This document shows, one piece after another, positions 27,101 through 38,438 of a stretch of 64,000 bases of DNA (position 1 is the stretch's first letter; each line of letters starts with the position of its first letter). This stretch comes from Balanoglossus misakiensis (Eukaryota > Animalia > Hemichordata). Below the pieces are notes generated by a model. The model was not told the DNA's origin. It ran no database searches and was given only the letters and a program-made list of their open reading frames with translations. Both the position numbers and the translations under genes were made by a program. Where the stretch lies: contig CM082593.2 of the NCBI GenBank assembly GCA_040954595.2, forward strand, positions 5,287,434 through 5,351,433. The letters run 5' to 3'.

Positions 27101-30100
27101 TGGTTTTTGGATAAAAACCATGGGTTATAGCTCATGAAAATCATCCAGAAATGTCAATGTTTCGACTTCGCGAAATTTCAAAATTTGGTGGTTTTTGGAT
27201 AAAAACCATGGGTTATAGCTCATGAAAATCATCCAGAAATGTCAATTTTTCGACTTTGCGAAATTTCAAAATTTGGTGGTTTTTGGACAAAAACCATGGG
27301 TTATAGCTCATGAAAATCATCCAGAAATGTCAATTTTTCGACTTCGCGAAATTTCAAAATTTGGTGGTTTTTGGATAAAAACCATGGCTTATAGCTCATG
27401 AAAATCATCCAGAAATGTCAATTTTTTGACTTCGCGAAATTTCAAAATTTGGTGGTTTTTGGATAAAAACCATGGGTTATAGCTCATGAAAATCATCCAG
27501 AAATGTCAATTTTTCGACTTCGCGAAATTTCAAAATTTGGTGGTTTTTGGATAAAAACCATGGGTTATAGCTCATGAAAATCATCCAGAAATGTCAATTT
27601 TTCGACTTCGCGAAATTTCAAAATTTGGTGGTTTTTGGACAAAAACCATGGCTTATAGCTCATGAAAATCATCCAGAAATGTCAATTTTTCGACTTCGCG
27701 AAATTTCAAAATTTGGTGGTTTTTGGACAAAAACCATGGCTTATAGCTCATGAAAATCATCCAGAAATGTCAATTTTTCGACTTCGCGAAATTTCAAAAT
27801 TTGGTGGTTTTTGGACAAAAACCATGGGTTATAGCTCATGAAAATCATCCAGAAATGTCAATTTTTCGACTTCGCGAAATTTCAAAATTTGGTGGTTTTT
27901 GGACAAAAACCATGGGTTATAGCTCATGAAAATCATCCAGAAATGTCAATTTTTCGACTTCGCGAAATTTCAAAATTTGGTGGTTTTTGGACAAAAACCA
28001 TGGGTTATAGCTCATGAAAATCATCCAGAAATGTCAATTTTTCGACTTCGCGAAATTTCAAAATTTGGTGGTTTTTGGACAAAAACCATGGGTTATAGCT
28101 CATGAAAATCATCCAGAAATGTCAATTTTTTGACTTCGCGAAATTTCAAAATTTGGTGGTTTTTGGATAAAAACCATGGGTTATAGCTCATGAAAATCAT
28201 CCAGAAATGTCAATGTTTCGACTTCGCGAAATTTCAAAATTTGGTGGTTTTTGGATAAAAACCATGGGTTATAGCTCATGAAAATCATCCAGAAATGTCA
28301 ATTTTTCGACTTCGCGAAATTTCAAAATTTGGTGGTTTTTGGACAAAAACCATGGGTTATAGCTCATGAAAATCATCCAGAAATGTCAATTTTTCGACTT
28401 CGCGAAATTTCAAAATTTGGTGGTTTTTGGATAAAAACCATGGGTTATAGCTCATGAAAATCATCCAGAAATGTCAATTTTTCGACTTCGCGAAATTTCA
28501 AAATTTGGTGGTTTTTGGATAAAAACCATGGGTTATAGCTCATGAAAATCATCCAGAAATGTCAATGTTTCGACTTCGCGAAATTTCAAAATTTGGTGGT
28601 TTTTGGACAAAAACCATGGGTTATAGCTCATGAAAATCATCCAGAAATGTCAATTTTTCGACTTCGCGAAATTTCAAAATTTGGTGGTTTTTGGACAAAA
28701 ACCATGGGTTATAGCTCATGAAAATCATCCAGAAATGTCAATTTTTCGACTTCGCGAAATTTCAAAATTTGGTGGTTTTTGGACAAAAACCATGGGTTAT
28801 AGCTCATGAAAATCATCCAGAAATGTCAATTTTTCGACTTCGCGAAATTTCAAAATTTGGTGGTTTTTGGACAAAAACCATCGGTTATAGCTCATGAAAA
28901 TCATCCAGAAATGTCAATTTTTCGACTTCGCGAAATTTCAAAATTTGGTGGTTTTTGGACAAAAACCATGGGTTATAGCTCATGAAAATCATCCAGAAAT
29001 GTCAATTTTTCGACTTCGCGAAATTTCAAAATTTGGTGGTTTTTGGACAAAAACCATGGGTTATAGCTCATGAAAATCATCCAGAAATGTCAATTTTTCG
29101 ACTTCGCGAAATTTCAAAATTTGGTGGTTTTTGGACAAAAACCATGGGTTATAGCTCATGAAAATCATCCAGAAATGTCAATTTTTCGACTTCGCGAAAT
29201 TTCAAAATTTGGTGGTTTTTGGATATAAACCATGGGTTATAGCTCATGAAAATCATCCAGAAATGTCAATTTTTCGACTTCGCGAAATTTCAAAATTTGG
29301 TGGTTTTTGGACAAAAACCATGGGTTATAGCTCATGAAAATCATCCAGAAATGTCAATTTTTCGACTTCGCGAAATTTCAACAATTGGTGGTTTTTGGAC
29401 AAAAACCATGGGTTATAGCTCATATAAATCATCCAGAAATGACAATTTTTCGACTTCGCGAAATTTCAAAATTTGGTGGTTTTTGGACAAAAACCATCGG
29501 TTATAGCTCATGAAAATCATCCAGAAATGTCAATTTTTCGACTTCGCGAAATTTCAAAATTTGGTGGTTTTTGGACAAAAACCATCGGTTATAGCTCATG
29601 AAAATCATCCAGAAATGTCAATTTTTCGACTTCGCGAAATTTCAAAATTTGGTGGTTTTTGGACAAAAACCATGGGTTATAGCTCATGAAAATCATCCAG
29701 AAATGTCAATTTTTCGACTTCGCGAAATTTCAAAATTTGGTGGTTTTTGGACAAAAACCATGGGTTATAGCTCATGAAAATCATCCAGAAATGTCAATTT
29801 TTCGATTTCGCAAAATTTCAAAATTTGGTGGTTTTTGGACAAAAACCATGGGTTATAGCTCATGAAAATCATCCAGAAATGTCAATTTTTCGACTTCGCG
29901 AAATTTCAAAATTTGGTGGTTTTTGGACAAAAACCATGGGTTATAGCTCATGAAAATCATCCAGAAATGTCAATTTTTCGACTTCGCGAAATTTCAAAAT
30001 TTGGTGGTTTTTGGATAAAAACCATGGGTTATAGCTCATGAAAATCAACCAAAAATGTCCATTTTTCGACCTCGCGAAATTTCAAAATTTCGTCATTTTT

Positions 30101-30256
30101 TGATGAAAACCATGGGTTATAGCTCATGAAAATCATCCAAAAATGTCAATTTTTCGACTTCGCGAAATTCAAAATTTCGTCATTTTTTGATAAAAACCAT
30201 GGGTTATAGCTCATGAAAATCATCCAAAATTGTCAATTTTTCGATAAAAAACCATG
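18142..30256 (-). repeat. 88-bp tandem satellite array, arm 2 in reverse-complement orientation (about 138 monomers)
   Basis: From 18142 the sequence reads GATAAAAACCATGGGTTATAGCTCATGAAAATCATCCAGAAATGTCAATTTTTCGACTTCGCGAAATTTCAAAATTTGGTGG, the reverse complement of the arm-1 monomer. It degenerates over the last ~200 bp. Confidence 0.99.
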
Positions 30257-30271
30257 AGAAATCGTCACTAT

Positions 30272-30310
30272 TTGACAATTTTCATGAGCCATAACCCATG
30301 ACAAATGACG
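30272..30310 (+). repeat. Short re-inverted, internally deleted satellite fragment capping the array end
   Basis: TTGACAATTTTCATGAGCCATAACCCATG-ACAAATGACG matches the arm-1 orientation and forms an inverted repeat with 30198-30236. Confidence 0.8.
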
Positions 30311-31959
30311 TGCATATGATACGAGATATTTTAATGAAGTCTTCAACAAAAGAGGAATACCATACGCCGGCTTTTAAACATTGTCTAACAAAAACATGAC
30401 GCGTTTAAATTGTTGGTACGTCCGATACCCCAGCTATGCAGTCATTAACCTCGGAGCATGCATGCTTGGTAATTAGATACCCATCGTGCATCTACCGCTA
30501 ATAACATGGAATGACTGGTGCGGAAAGATTAATACTAGATAATTATCCCAAAGGTTTCTTCACCGTTGAACTGTGATAGGATTTCAAGAGACTTTATTAA
30601 AAAGCTGGTTTTGTTTACGTGATATTGTTTTATCCACGAACGGAAAAAGTAGTATAATCATGTATTTCCCATTATGACTGGGGCAAAACCTACTTCGATG
30701 CGATTCCACTTTCGTTTGACAAATGCGATTTACCCACGACTTATATTTCGACGTGGACTGCATTTTGAACAATACAATACATCATATTATATATAGGATC
30801 TCTCCGGGTTTTAATCATTCGCGAGACACTTACCTTATTTAAAATGTTTGCCATTGACAATGATGTTAAAAAACGATGTCTTTCTGAACATATCGCCTCT
30901 GCGGGTTCGAGTTCAGATTTAACTTACCTCTGTGAAACCACCGGCTTCTATTTCGGTTCATAGAGCACTTCTTTCAGGATTGTTTTATTTTACGTCATTT
31001 CTTATGATTTCTGTCTGACTTGCTGACCCATGCACTCGACAGTGCCATTCGAAAGCTCTTTTCGGAAAGTTAGAAAGCTGTCAATAATGCACCCGTTGGG
31101 CACATTTCTTTCAGTCGAGTCAATAGCGTGAGCGAGAACCGTAGCATTAAATGTTGAGAACGGTTTTCTGAAAGCAACGTCTAAATTGCACGGGTCTATA
31201 CATACATGTAATGACTATGCTCCTTACACATCGAGAGGGAAGCCGATCTATGCACAACGTTGCGAAAAAAACCCACTTCAGATTCGATTGCTGTCTAAAT
31301 GACCGGGGATTTCTATCAACTGACCCGAACCCTCCAACGAAAGCGTCTCGCCACCTCTGATATTCCCTTTCCCGCCACGCCTATTTTTCTTTCTGAGCAC
31401 GGCGGACCAAATTTGCTAATTTTGCTTCTTTTTAAGCTCGCTCCTCAAACTTTCGGTTGTCAGATCAACTGTCGTCATGCTTGAATGAAATCCTTGTTTA
31501 ACATTTCTAAAGATAAACATGATTGGATTCAAAATCAAAGACACCGAATAAATTTCGTTTTCTATTTCAGGTCTAACTGAATGATTAACTACGAAGGACG
31601 AACACTTTGAGACGCACGTATTATATATACAGAGTTAATCGCGATTTTGTCTAGGTATACCTACAACGTAAGCCAGGTCATTTTTCCCGCCATAGTAATG
31701 TATCCATGATGTGATTCATATCAAAGGAAAAAATGTGTACATCTAGGTCAACTAAGTCCCAAATTTAAACGCAGAATTAAAAGTGTATATAGTAGGATAA
31801 ATGGCGCAATCGCTGAGGTGGAATAGCAATTTCCCGTTTTCCGTTCCGACAGATCGAGAATCCTCTAAGCATTAACACAAATTCATTGCCTGGGGGAGAC
31901 GTTAATCGCTTGTTTCGTTTGTTTAATTGCATGAGTCTGATTAAAATTAAGGTCTTGAC

Positions 31960-31992
31960 GTGGTGTGGTGTGGTGTGGTGTGGTGTGGTGTG
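31960..31992. repeat. (GTGGT)n pentanucleotide microsatellite
   Basis: About 6 tandem units read directly. Confidence 0.9.
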
Positions 31993-32565
31993 TGAGAATG
32001 ATTGTCTGGTCGATACGAGCTTTTAGAAGCGTGAGAAAACATTTCGAACAGAAGTCAGGTAAGGTAAAAAGTTGGGGAATAACATGAAGTCCGTGAAAAT
32101 GTCGTGTAAACATGTTTATGTAAGTATATATGACGATACATGCGAGGCAAACAACGAGAAAAAAAGAGTAATTCACTATCCCGCTGTCTTCACTGACATT
32201 TATTTAAACGACGTGTATCATTTTGATTGAAAAACATGCCGAGCAAAATGAGCTACTCCGACTGAATTTAAATGAAGGCCTTGTCGTTAATATTCTTCTT
32301 ATGTCATTGGGCAAGCGGTCTATTGGACAGGCATGCAGTTCTGTGTGTGGAAAACAACTTTGATATAAATTGATGCGCTCTTATTCAGGTCGAGCAAAAC
32401 GACAATTGTTGCCACAAGCAGATGGCCTTAAGAATACTTCTATAAGCTAGTGCTCAGTTTGGAAAAAACTTCAATAATATAATAGAGTGTCTAATGGATT
32501 CTACAAACTGCCAGAGAATAAATCAGCTGTCATGCTCGATGAATGCTAAACTGCACAGGTCTCAC

Positions 32566-33072
32566 CTTTTTTATGAAGGCAGTTATCGGGCACATGACAT
32601 CGCCGAAGACCCACTCATTGAGCATGGCGTTCATGAAGGCGAACGGCATTGAGAAGATGGCCAGAGTCCAATCGGCGATGGCCAGGTTCAGCAGAAACAT
32701 GCTGAACTCGCGCTTCCTCCTCGTGCCGCAGGTCAACACACAGATGACGGTCACGTTGCCGATGATCGATAAGGCCACGGTGACGAAGAAGAGCACCATG
32801 AGCGCGTACTTTTTGGTGTCCGTCATGATGGCCGGAGGCATGTACGTGATGGGACAGGTCAGGTTGTGCTCTCTGATGATGCTGTCCAGGACCTGGTAGG
32901 CGTGGTCGTAGAAGACATCCACGACAAAAATGCTGCCCAAGGACAGCATGTCGCATGTGGGCAACTCGCAATAACACGCGTGAATCTTGTCGATGGCGCT
33001 CGAATTCAGAACGACGTCCATCACGGGCCTCTGCGTTGCCGGCAGAACAACTTGGTTCTGGTAAAAAGACAT
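32566..33072 (-). CDS. Class A (rhodopsin-like) neuropeptide-type GPCR, first coding exon (N-terminus, TM1, TM2, start of TM3)
   Basis: ATG at 33072 (MSFYQNQ...). N-glycosylation sequons NSS and NLT. TM1 ...SIIGNVTVICVL, TM2 FLLNLAIAD...MPF, ECL1 WVFG followed by the conserved TM3 Cys (MCP). Similarity stops at the phase-0 donor AAG|GTGAG at 32566/32565. 507 nt = 169 codons. Confidence 0.92.
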
Positions 33073-33732
33073 TGCGAAGCAGGCGTAACAGTCCAAAAGA
33101 TATCAAAGTATCCCCTTTTCACGATCTAAAACTGTTTTAGAAGTCCATGTGCTACTTCCACGGGTTTCAGCCACTTGTGTAATCGGCTTAACACGTTTGG
33201 TGTTGAAAATATTACCACATTCTTTACTGGTCGCGGGTACGGCCGCTGTACTTGTTCGCGATCCGCGCTACCTCTCTGACTCAGCCGAGCACATCGACAG
33301 GTACGTGCGCCGTTTAAAGCCAACTTCTGATTTCAGCAGGTGAAAAGCCCTCCCGACGAGGATATTTATGCAAGCTGATGCCCTTCAAACGTCGCCATGG
33401 CGACGCGTATGCATCATCATACTGATGTTCCTTCCCAGGTTTTGCATCAATATGACGTGTGGCCGATTGAGGATCCGTGTAAAGTCACCTACAGCAAGAA
33501 CGCAGCTCTTCCTACGGAAGGACAAAGGTTTACATGTAAGACCCGGCCGTGGCATTAATAATGCAGCGCTGCAGCCATGGCAACGGCGCAACGGATTACT
33601 GGATGGAAGCGTCAACCGGAGACTGCGTACTCAAGGCGTTAACTATGTTAACACCCGCGCATGCAATAAGCCCACCCAAGTCCAAAAGGAGACGAGTGCT
33701 ATAAAATGGGTAAAAATAAAGTGGCTATAGTA

Positions 33733-33742
33733 CTTTTATATA
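33733..33742 (-). promoter_or_regulatory. Candidate TATA box upstream of the GPCR
   Basis: TATATAAAAG on the minus strand, at the upstream edge of the relatively GC-rich stretch preceding the GPCR ATG. Motif only. Confidence 0.2.
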
Positions 33743-34751
33743 AGGACTAAAATCCCAACAATAATAGCTGTAAAACTGCTCGTTTGAAATACCGGACGAT
33801 ATCATCCTCAAATGGAAAGAGAAGCAACAAATTGCTTGTTCAACAAACAAGACATAGAGGCGACCACGATCCACCATTGTTTATACACTTGTTGCTAAGC
33901 AACAAGGTCCACTTAAGAGTAGACAGAAGATCAACTTTCCATTGTAACACAAGTGTATATTTGTTTGGCAACTTCAGTCATTTAGAATTTATTTCGATAA
34001 CGTGTTTCAACCATTTTGTATGTTTGCCAGGATTGAGCACGAACTCTGCTTTGATGGGCGGTGCCCACATACTGAACTAACTATTGATTACAATGCTGTG
34101 ATATAAAAGTCTGGTGCCTAATTATTACAAACTACAGCCTTAATGAATTGAGGTAACGATCTAGCTCTTAATTTCCGAGACAATCGCAACTATATGGTTG
34201 TCGTCACGCTACTGATCTTTGACATTTAGGTTCTGATAAGATTATGTTTCATAATCCGATGTTGTCCCGTACGACTGAAAAAGCGACAAATCCTTTTCCT
34301 GAAGCAATGTAGCAAAGCTTTCGTGTTAACGCCATCTCAACTATCGCAGAGAAAGAAAGCATTTGTCCAGGGAAAAGGACATCATCCTTACGGGTGTTTT
34401 CGTTCAACAGTTGTTCGAAGAATTACGTGTAGTTTCTGAGCACTGATGCTTGACGTATAATAGCTCAATTAACAGGCAAGGCCTTGTGGGATTTTTTTAT
34501 TTACGCAACCATTTCTGGCGAATAATCCCAAATAAAACGTCTTCGTGTAACGTGAGATTGTATGTCGCAAGCACCAAAGACACAGCTGTATGACAGTGGT
34601 AAGGCTAGCTCGCAGGCTTTCCCAAGTTCACAGCTGGGTACGAAGTTGTCATTGATCGTTTCACACTTTGCTTTTGTCCGCTGGCGCTAACCTTCGTATA
34701 GGCACGGTCGGGGGTTTTGAGTTAGCTATAGTCGTGGCGACACTTGTGGTA

Positions 34752-34782
34752 TAAGGTAGTACGCGCCTTCGGGGGACAGATG
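34752..34782 (+). repeat. Dispersed ~30-bp repeat, copy 1 (possible DNA-transposon/MITE terminus)
   Basis: TAAGGTAGTACGCGCCTTCGGGGGACAGATG is similar to 35952-35981. Confidence 0.4.
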
Positions 34783-35951
34783 TTCAGAAAGATGATAGCT
34801 CGCCGAACGTTATCAATTCTTTGCCATATTAAAGTGTGAGAGTAGACTCTTTGAAATCAAAGAAGAAAACACGGTGTACTTGTTTTCTTCAAAATCCACT
34901 ACTGTATATAGAAGCTGTTCTCTGCAAAAGCTGCGGATTTATTCAAAGGTGTCACTCTTTAGCAAATGCTTGTCACGCAGTTTGCAAAGGGGGATTTATC
35001 AAGCCACTTTGCACACAAGTGTGGCTGTAAAGGTTACCATGGACAAATGAGAACAAACGAGCTGCCATACTTACCGTTACAGCCAATCTCCATTTCACCG
35101 AGCGGTCTGTGAAATTTTAATGATTGTAAGCTAGACTGTTTCTGATAATTATTTTTTAATCACTTTCTCAAGACAATCTCATCCAGCGAAATGACTTACA
35201 CGTTTAAAACATTACGGTTGCGATACCAGTTTTCACTGTTGTGAAATAACAAATTGGTTTACATAATTAAATTTATCATTAAAATTCAAAATATCGTTGT
35301 AGGGATGTGGGCTACCTATATCAATTGCTAATTACCATGCTTCCTGATGCATATGTAATATTCTGACGATACACGCGATACCATTACTTAGTGGATTTTA
35401 TATATTTTATTTACATTCCATATAGTTCAGCTTATTCAGGAAAATGTATCTATTTCATACACCTAGAACATTAAATGGGCTAATAAAAACCAAGCTTACT
35501 CGAGTTCCTGTTGCATGATGTGGCTGAACTTTTTCCTGAAACTTCAGTCATGCGTAGTTTAACACTGCTCATGCAGCAAGTATTACGTATAACCATATAT
35601 GATTATGTCTCCATGGTAATCTCCAGCGTTATGAGTTTCGTGCGATGTTGGGATTATTTTTTACGTTTTTTACATAATAAAGGAATACTTCACTGCAAAT
35701 ACTCATCGAACGTGAAACGTTTGCCTTTTATACGCCTTAGCGACATGGTTTGGGTTCAACTTGTTGTTGCTTCTGAAATACTTGAGTACTGATGACAGGA
35801 TTTACAAACAAGCGAGTGTGACACGTTGGGATGACAGACCTGATGTTCTTTATGTAACGATGGGTGTAGACATGGGCGCCATGGGGAGGGGGTGTGTGTG
35901 GGACAAGCCACGAACACAAATCGAGAAAATAGTTTTTTTACGACAAATATC

Positions 35952-35981
35952 TTAAGGCAGTGCGCGTCTCGGGGACAGATG
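35952..35981 (+). repeat. Dispersed ~30-bp repeat, copy 2 (TTAA-preceded, possible MITE terminus)
   Basis: TTAAGGCAGTGCGCGTCTCGGGGACAGATG is similar to 34752-34782. Confidence 0.4.
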
Positions 35982-38391
35982 GTGCACGAACACTACGCGT
36001 CCTTATTTGATTTCACACCGGCTTTTCACACAGTTTAATAAGAAAGAATCGAAAGGTTTGGAGGACTTTCATTTTTCTCTGGAAATCTGATTCCCCAGCG
36101 TATAACCTTAATTCGTTTTCACGTTTGACGAAGCAGGAAAGAGAACGCTAATAACCTAGTGAGCCTAGAAAATCCCTAGGTGTATAATGAACATTTCAAT
36201 AAGTACATGCGCAATCCCAAATTGAATTGTCTTTAAGCTTCATCCTAAGCAGCAAACCTGATTGCATCTGAAACTCAATTAATTATTACTTTAACAAGTG
36301 CGTGACTAGTCTAATCGTCAGATATGTAGAATGTACCCCTATTTATAATTTCACGAGGTTTGGTCGATTCGTTGATAGGCATCTGACGCAGGACTTCTTG
36401 ATCACTATGTACATAACTAGGTTTCAGAACCTAATGTCATTTATGCGAATAACCATAAAATTGGCGATTAAGTGTTTTTTTATATGAAAGTCTACAAATG
36501 CAACATGTTTACATCAAATGTCGCTCGTGGACACGAATTTCAACATTTCCTATAGTAATGAATATTTGTTAGTCTATCAGCCTTGTGTAACCTCTGTGTA
36601 ACTTTCCCTTTTGTACAATGCCATCAACGGCCATTTTGAGTCCGTTTAATGGGCCCCAAGAGTGGCATATTTGTTGCTATGTCGTCTGTGTATATTAGGT
36701 CTGTCAGTGCGTTCCATTTTGCTCAATCGTTTTCCCCCGAAATGGAAAGTGTACAAACATTGCATTTGATTTATCGCCGTGATTGGGCAAACTGAAATAG
36801 TCTGTGCATCCAAATAGGCACTCTGTCGTGTACTGAATACTTTATCAGGGGTTAACGACATTCGGACAGAAGTGGGACATTCTATTGAAAATGCCAAAAT
36901 GAGAGAAATTCACACAAAGTTCAGGAAAATGACATGGAAAAGCATTTATCAGATGCAGTAAGTTTATCTCTCGGCAGATGGAAAAATATATCTTGCAGGC
37001 ACGAGTCAATATCTCTGGTGATTTCATATTCCAAGAATAAGATAGTACATACCGAAACTGAAATGAGGAAAAGTATGTGTATATTGGCATTTTTCATGGA
37101 GGTAAAGTGGGTGATCGAAAAACCTTGAGTGCCGTTGGTAATAAACCTACAAATATCAATTTCGAAAAAAAAAATGTAATTTCTCCTTCTCGACATACGG
37201 CAGTCGCTGTCGGACAATGTAATTATAAAGGGCTGTCAGGCAAGGAGGGAAAATTTCACAGCCCGCAGATGGAAGAAAATCCGTGGTATTGGTCCGTGGT
37301 GAAATTGATTATTGATAAGATTTCGTAGATATGACAATGCCCTGTGGTTCGACAGGGTGTGAGAGATACAAGCTATCTAACGCGGGATCATCATTATCAT
37401 ACTTCCCGGAGACATGGGAGAGATGCCTGTATCTTGCGAGCGTCGTGACAATCCCCGGGGTCACCGTTCTATGTCTTCCCCATTATCACTCATAACGAGG
37501 ACACATACCAAGACTAGTCGATATGAAATCGTGGAAATAAATTAAGACATGCTGTTAAATTCATGTGCTGTTAGGTGGCGTGGAGTGGGGTATGTTCTTA
37601 GTAATATTCAGTGTTCAATATTTGATTTTCACACGTGCACCATGGGAGAGAAAAAAATCTAAGCCTGTGAGTTTGATTTCTCCATCAGGTATACATTGTC
37701 CAATTATGAAAATATGTATTTTTATTAATGAATATAATCACTCCTGTGTTATTATTTGTCTGCTGATTATATGATTTTGCGCGCGCGCACCCCCAAAAGC
37801 AGCAAACATTTGACGTCGCTGGTTGATGTTTCATGCAAAACCATAACATGTCTATTTGTGAGTATATAAAATGCAATAACGAGCGACCCCATGATTGTTT
37901 TTCGCATGTAAAAACCAGGACTGTAAACGACAATCGCCCCAAGGCCAAACGCGCTTGTTTTAGTCGTTGATAACGAATACTTTCAATGTTTATTTAACCT
38001 AAAACTTCTTTTTACGAGTTCAGTGACGTAAATCCTGGGCAATGTTGTCAGCCCGTAACCGTATAACTACAAAATACTGCGTTGACTTTCTTAAGGGGAA
38101 AGAAAAGTTCACCACTGTACGCGCTGTAAAAGTTAATAACAGGCATACATGTAAAAACACCGTATTTACCTCGGGCCCAAATTAAGCGTGAGCCAGCCAG
38201 ACAGACCGCTTGATGGGGTTTCACCTCTTATGTAAAAACGGACTGCCTTCTGATCTTTGCGCATGCGTTCGGACGGGAGAGGTCGATGTTGCTGATGATG
38301 TAACGACAGAGGGGAACAAACTTTTGTACGATAATATACTTGCATTGGAAGCAGAAAACCCGGGAGAATAGAAACCAATAATCCATAATTT

Positions 38392-38438
38392 TGACTGATT
38401 AATTGATTGATTGATTGATCGAGTGATCGATCGATCGA
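38392..38438. repeat. Imperfect (GATT)n/(GATC)n microsatellite
   Basis: tgactgattaattgattgattgattgatcgagtgatcgatcgatcga. Confidence 0.75.

Noticed and set aside
6792-29506. ORFs MKIIQKCQFF... in the satellite
   Set aside because: These are translations of the 88-bp repeat, extended only where 1-nt homopolymer indels or point changes skip stops. No protein-family features.
1-30256. CRISPR array
   Set aside because: The monomers are contiguous with no unique spacers, there are no cas genes, and the context is eukaryotic.
30895-30920. GGTTCGAGTTC B-box-like motif as tRNA/SINE
   Set aside because: No A-box or cloverleaf could be built.
30828-30930. Two strong minus-strand donor motifs (AG|GTAAGT) near 30833 and 30927 as GPCR exon ends
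   Set aside because: The upstream sequence did not translate into GPCR-like protein and no clear acceptor was seen.
32543-33140. Overlapping ORFs 32543-32899(+), 32615-33106(-), 32866-33129(+), 32955-33140(+)
   Set aside because: Shadow frames of the GC-rich GPCR exon.
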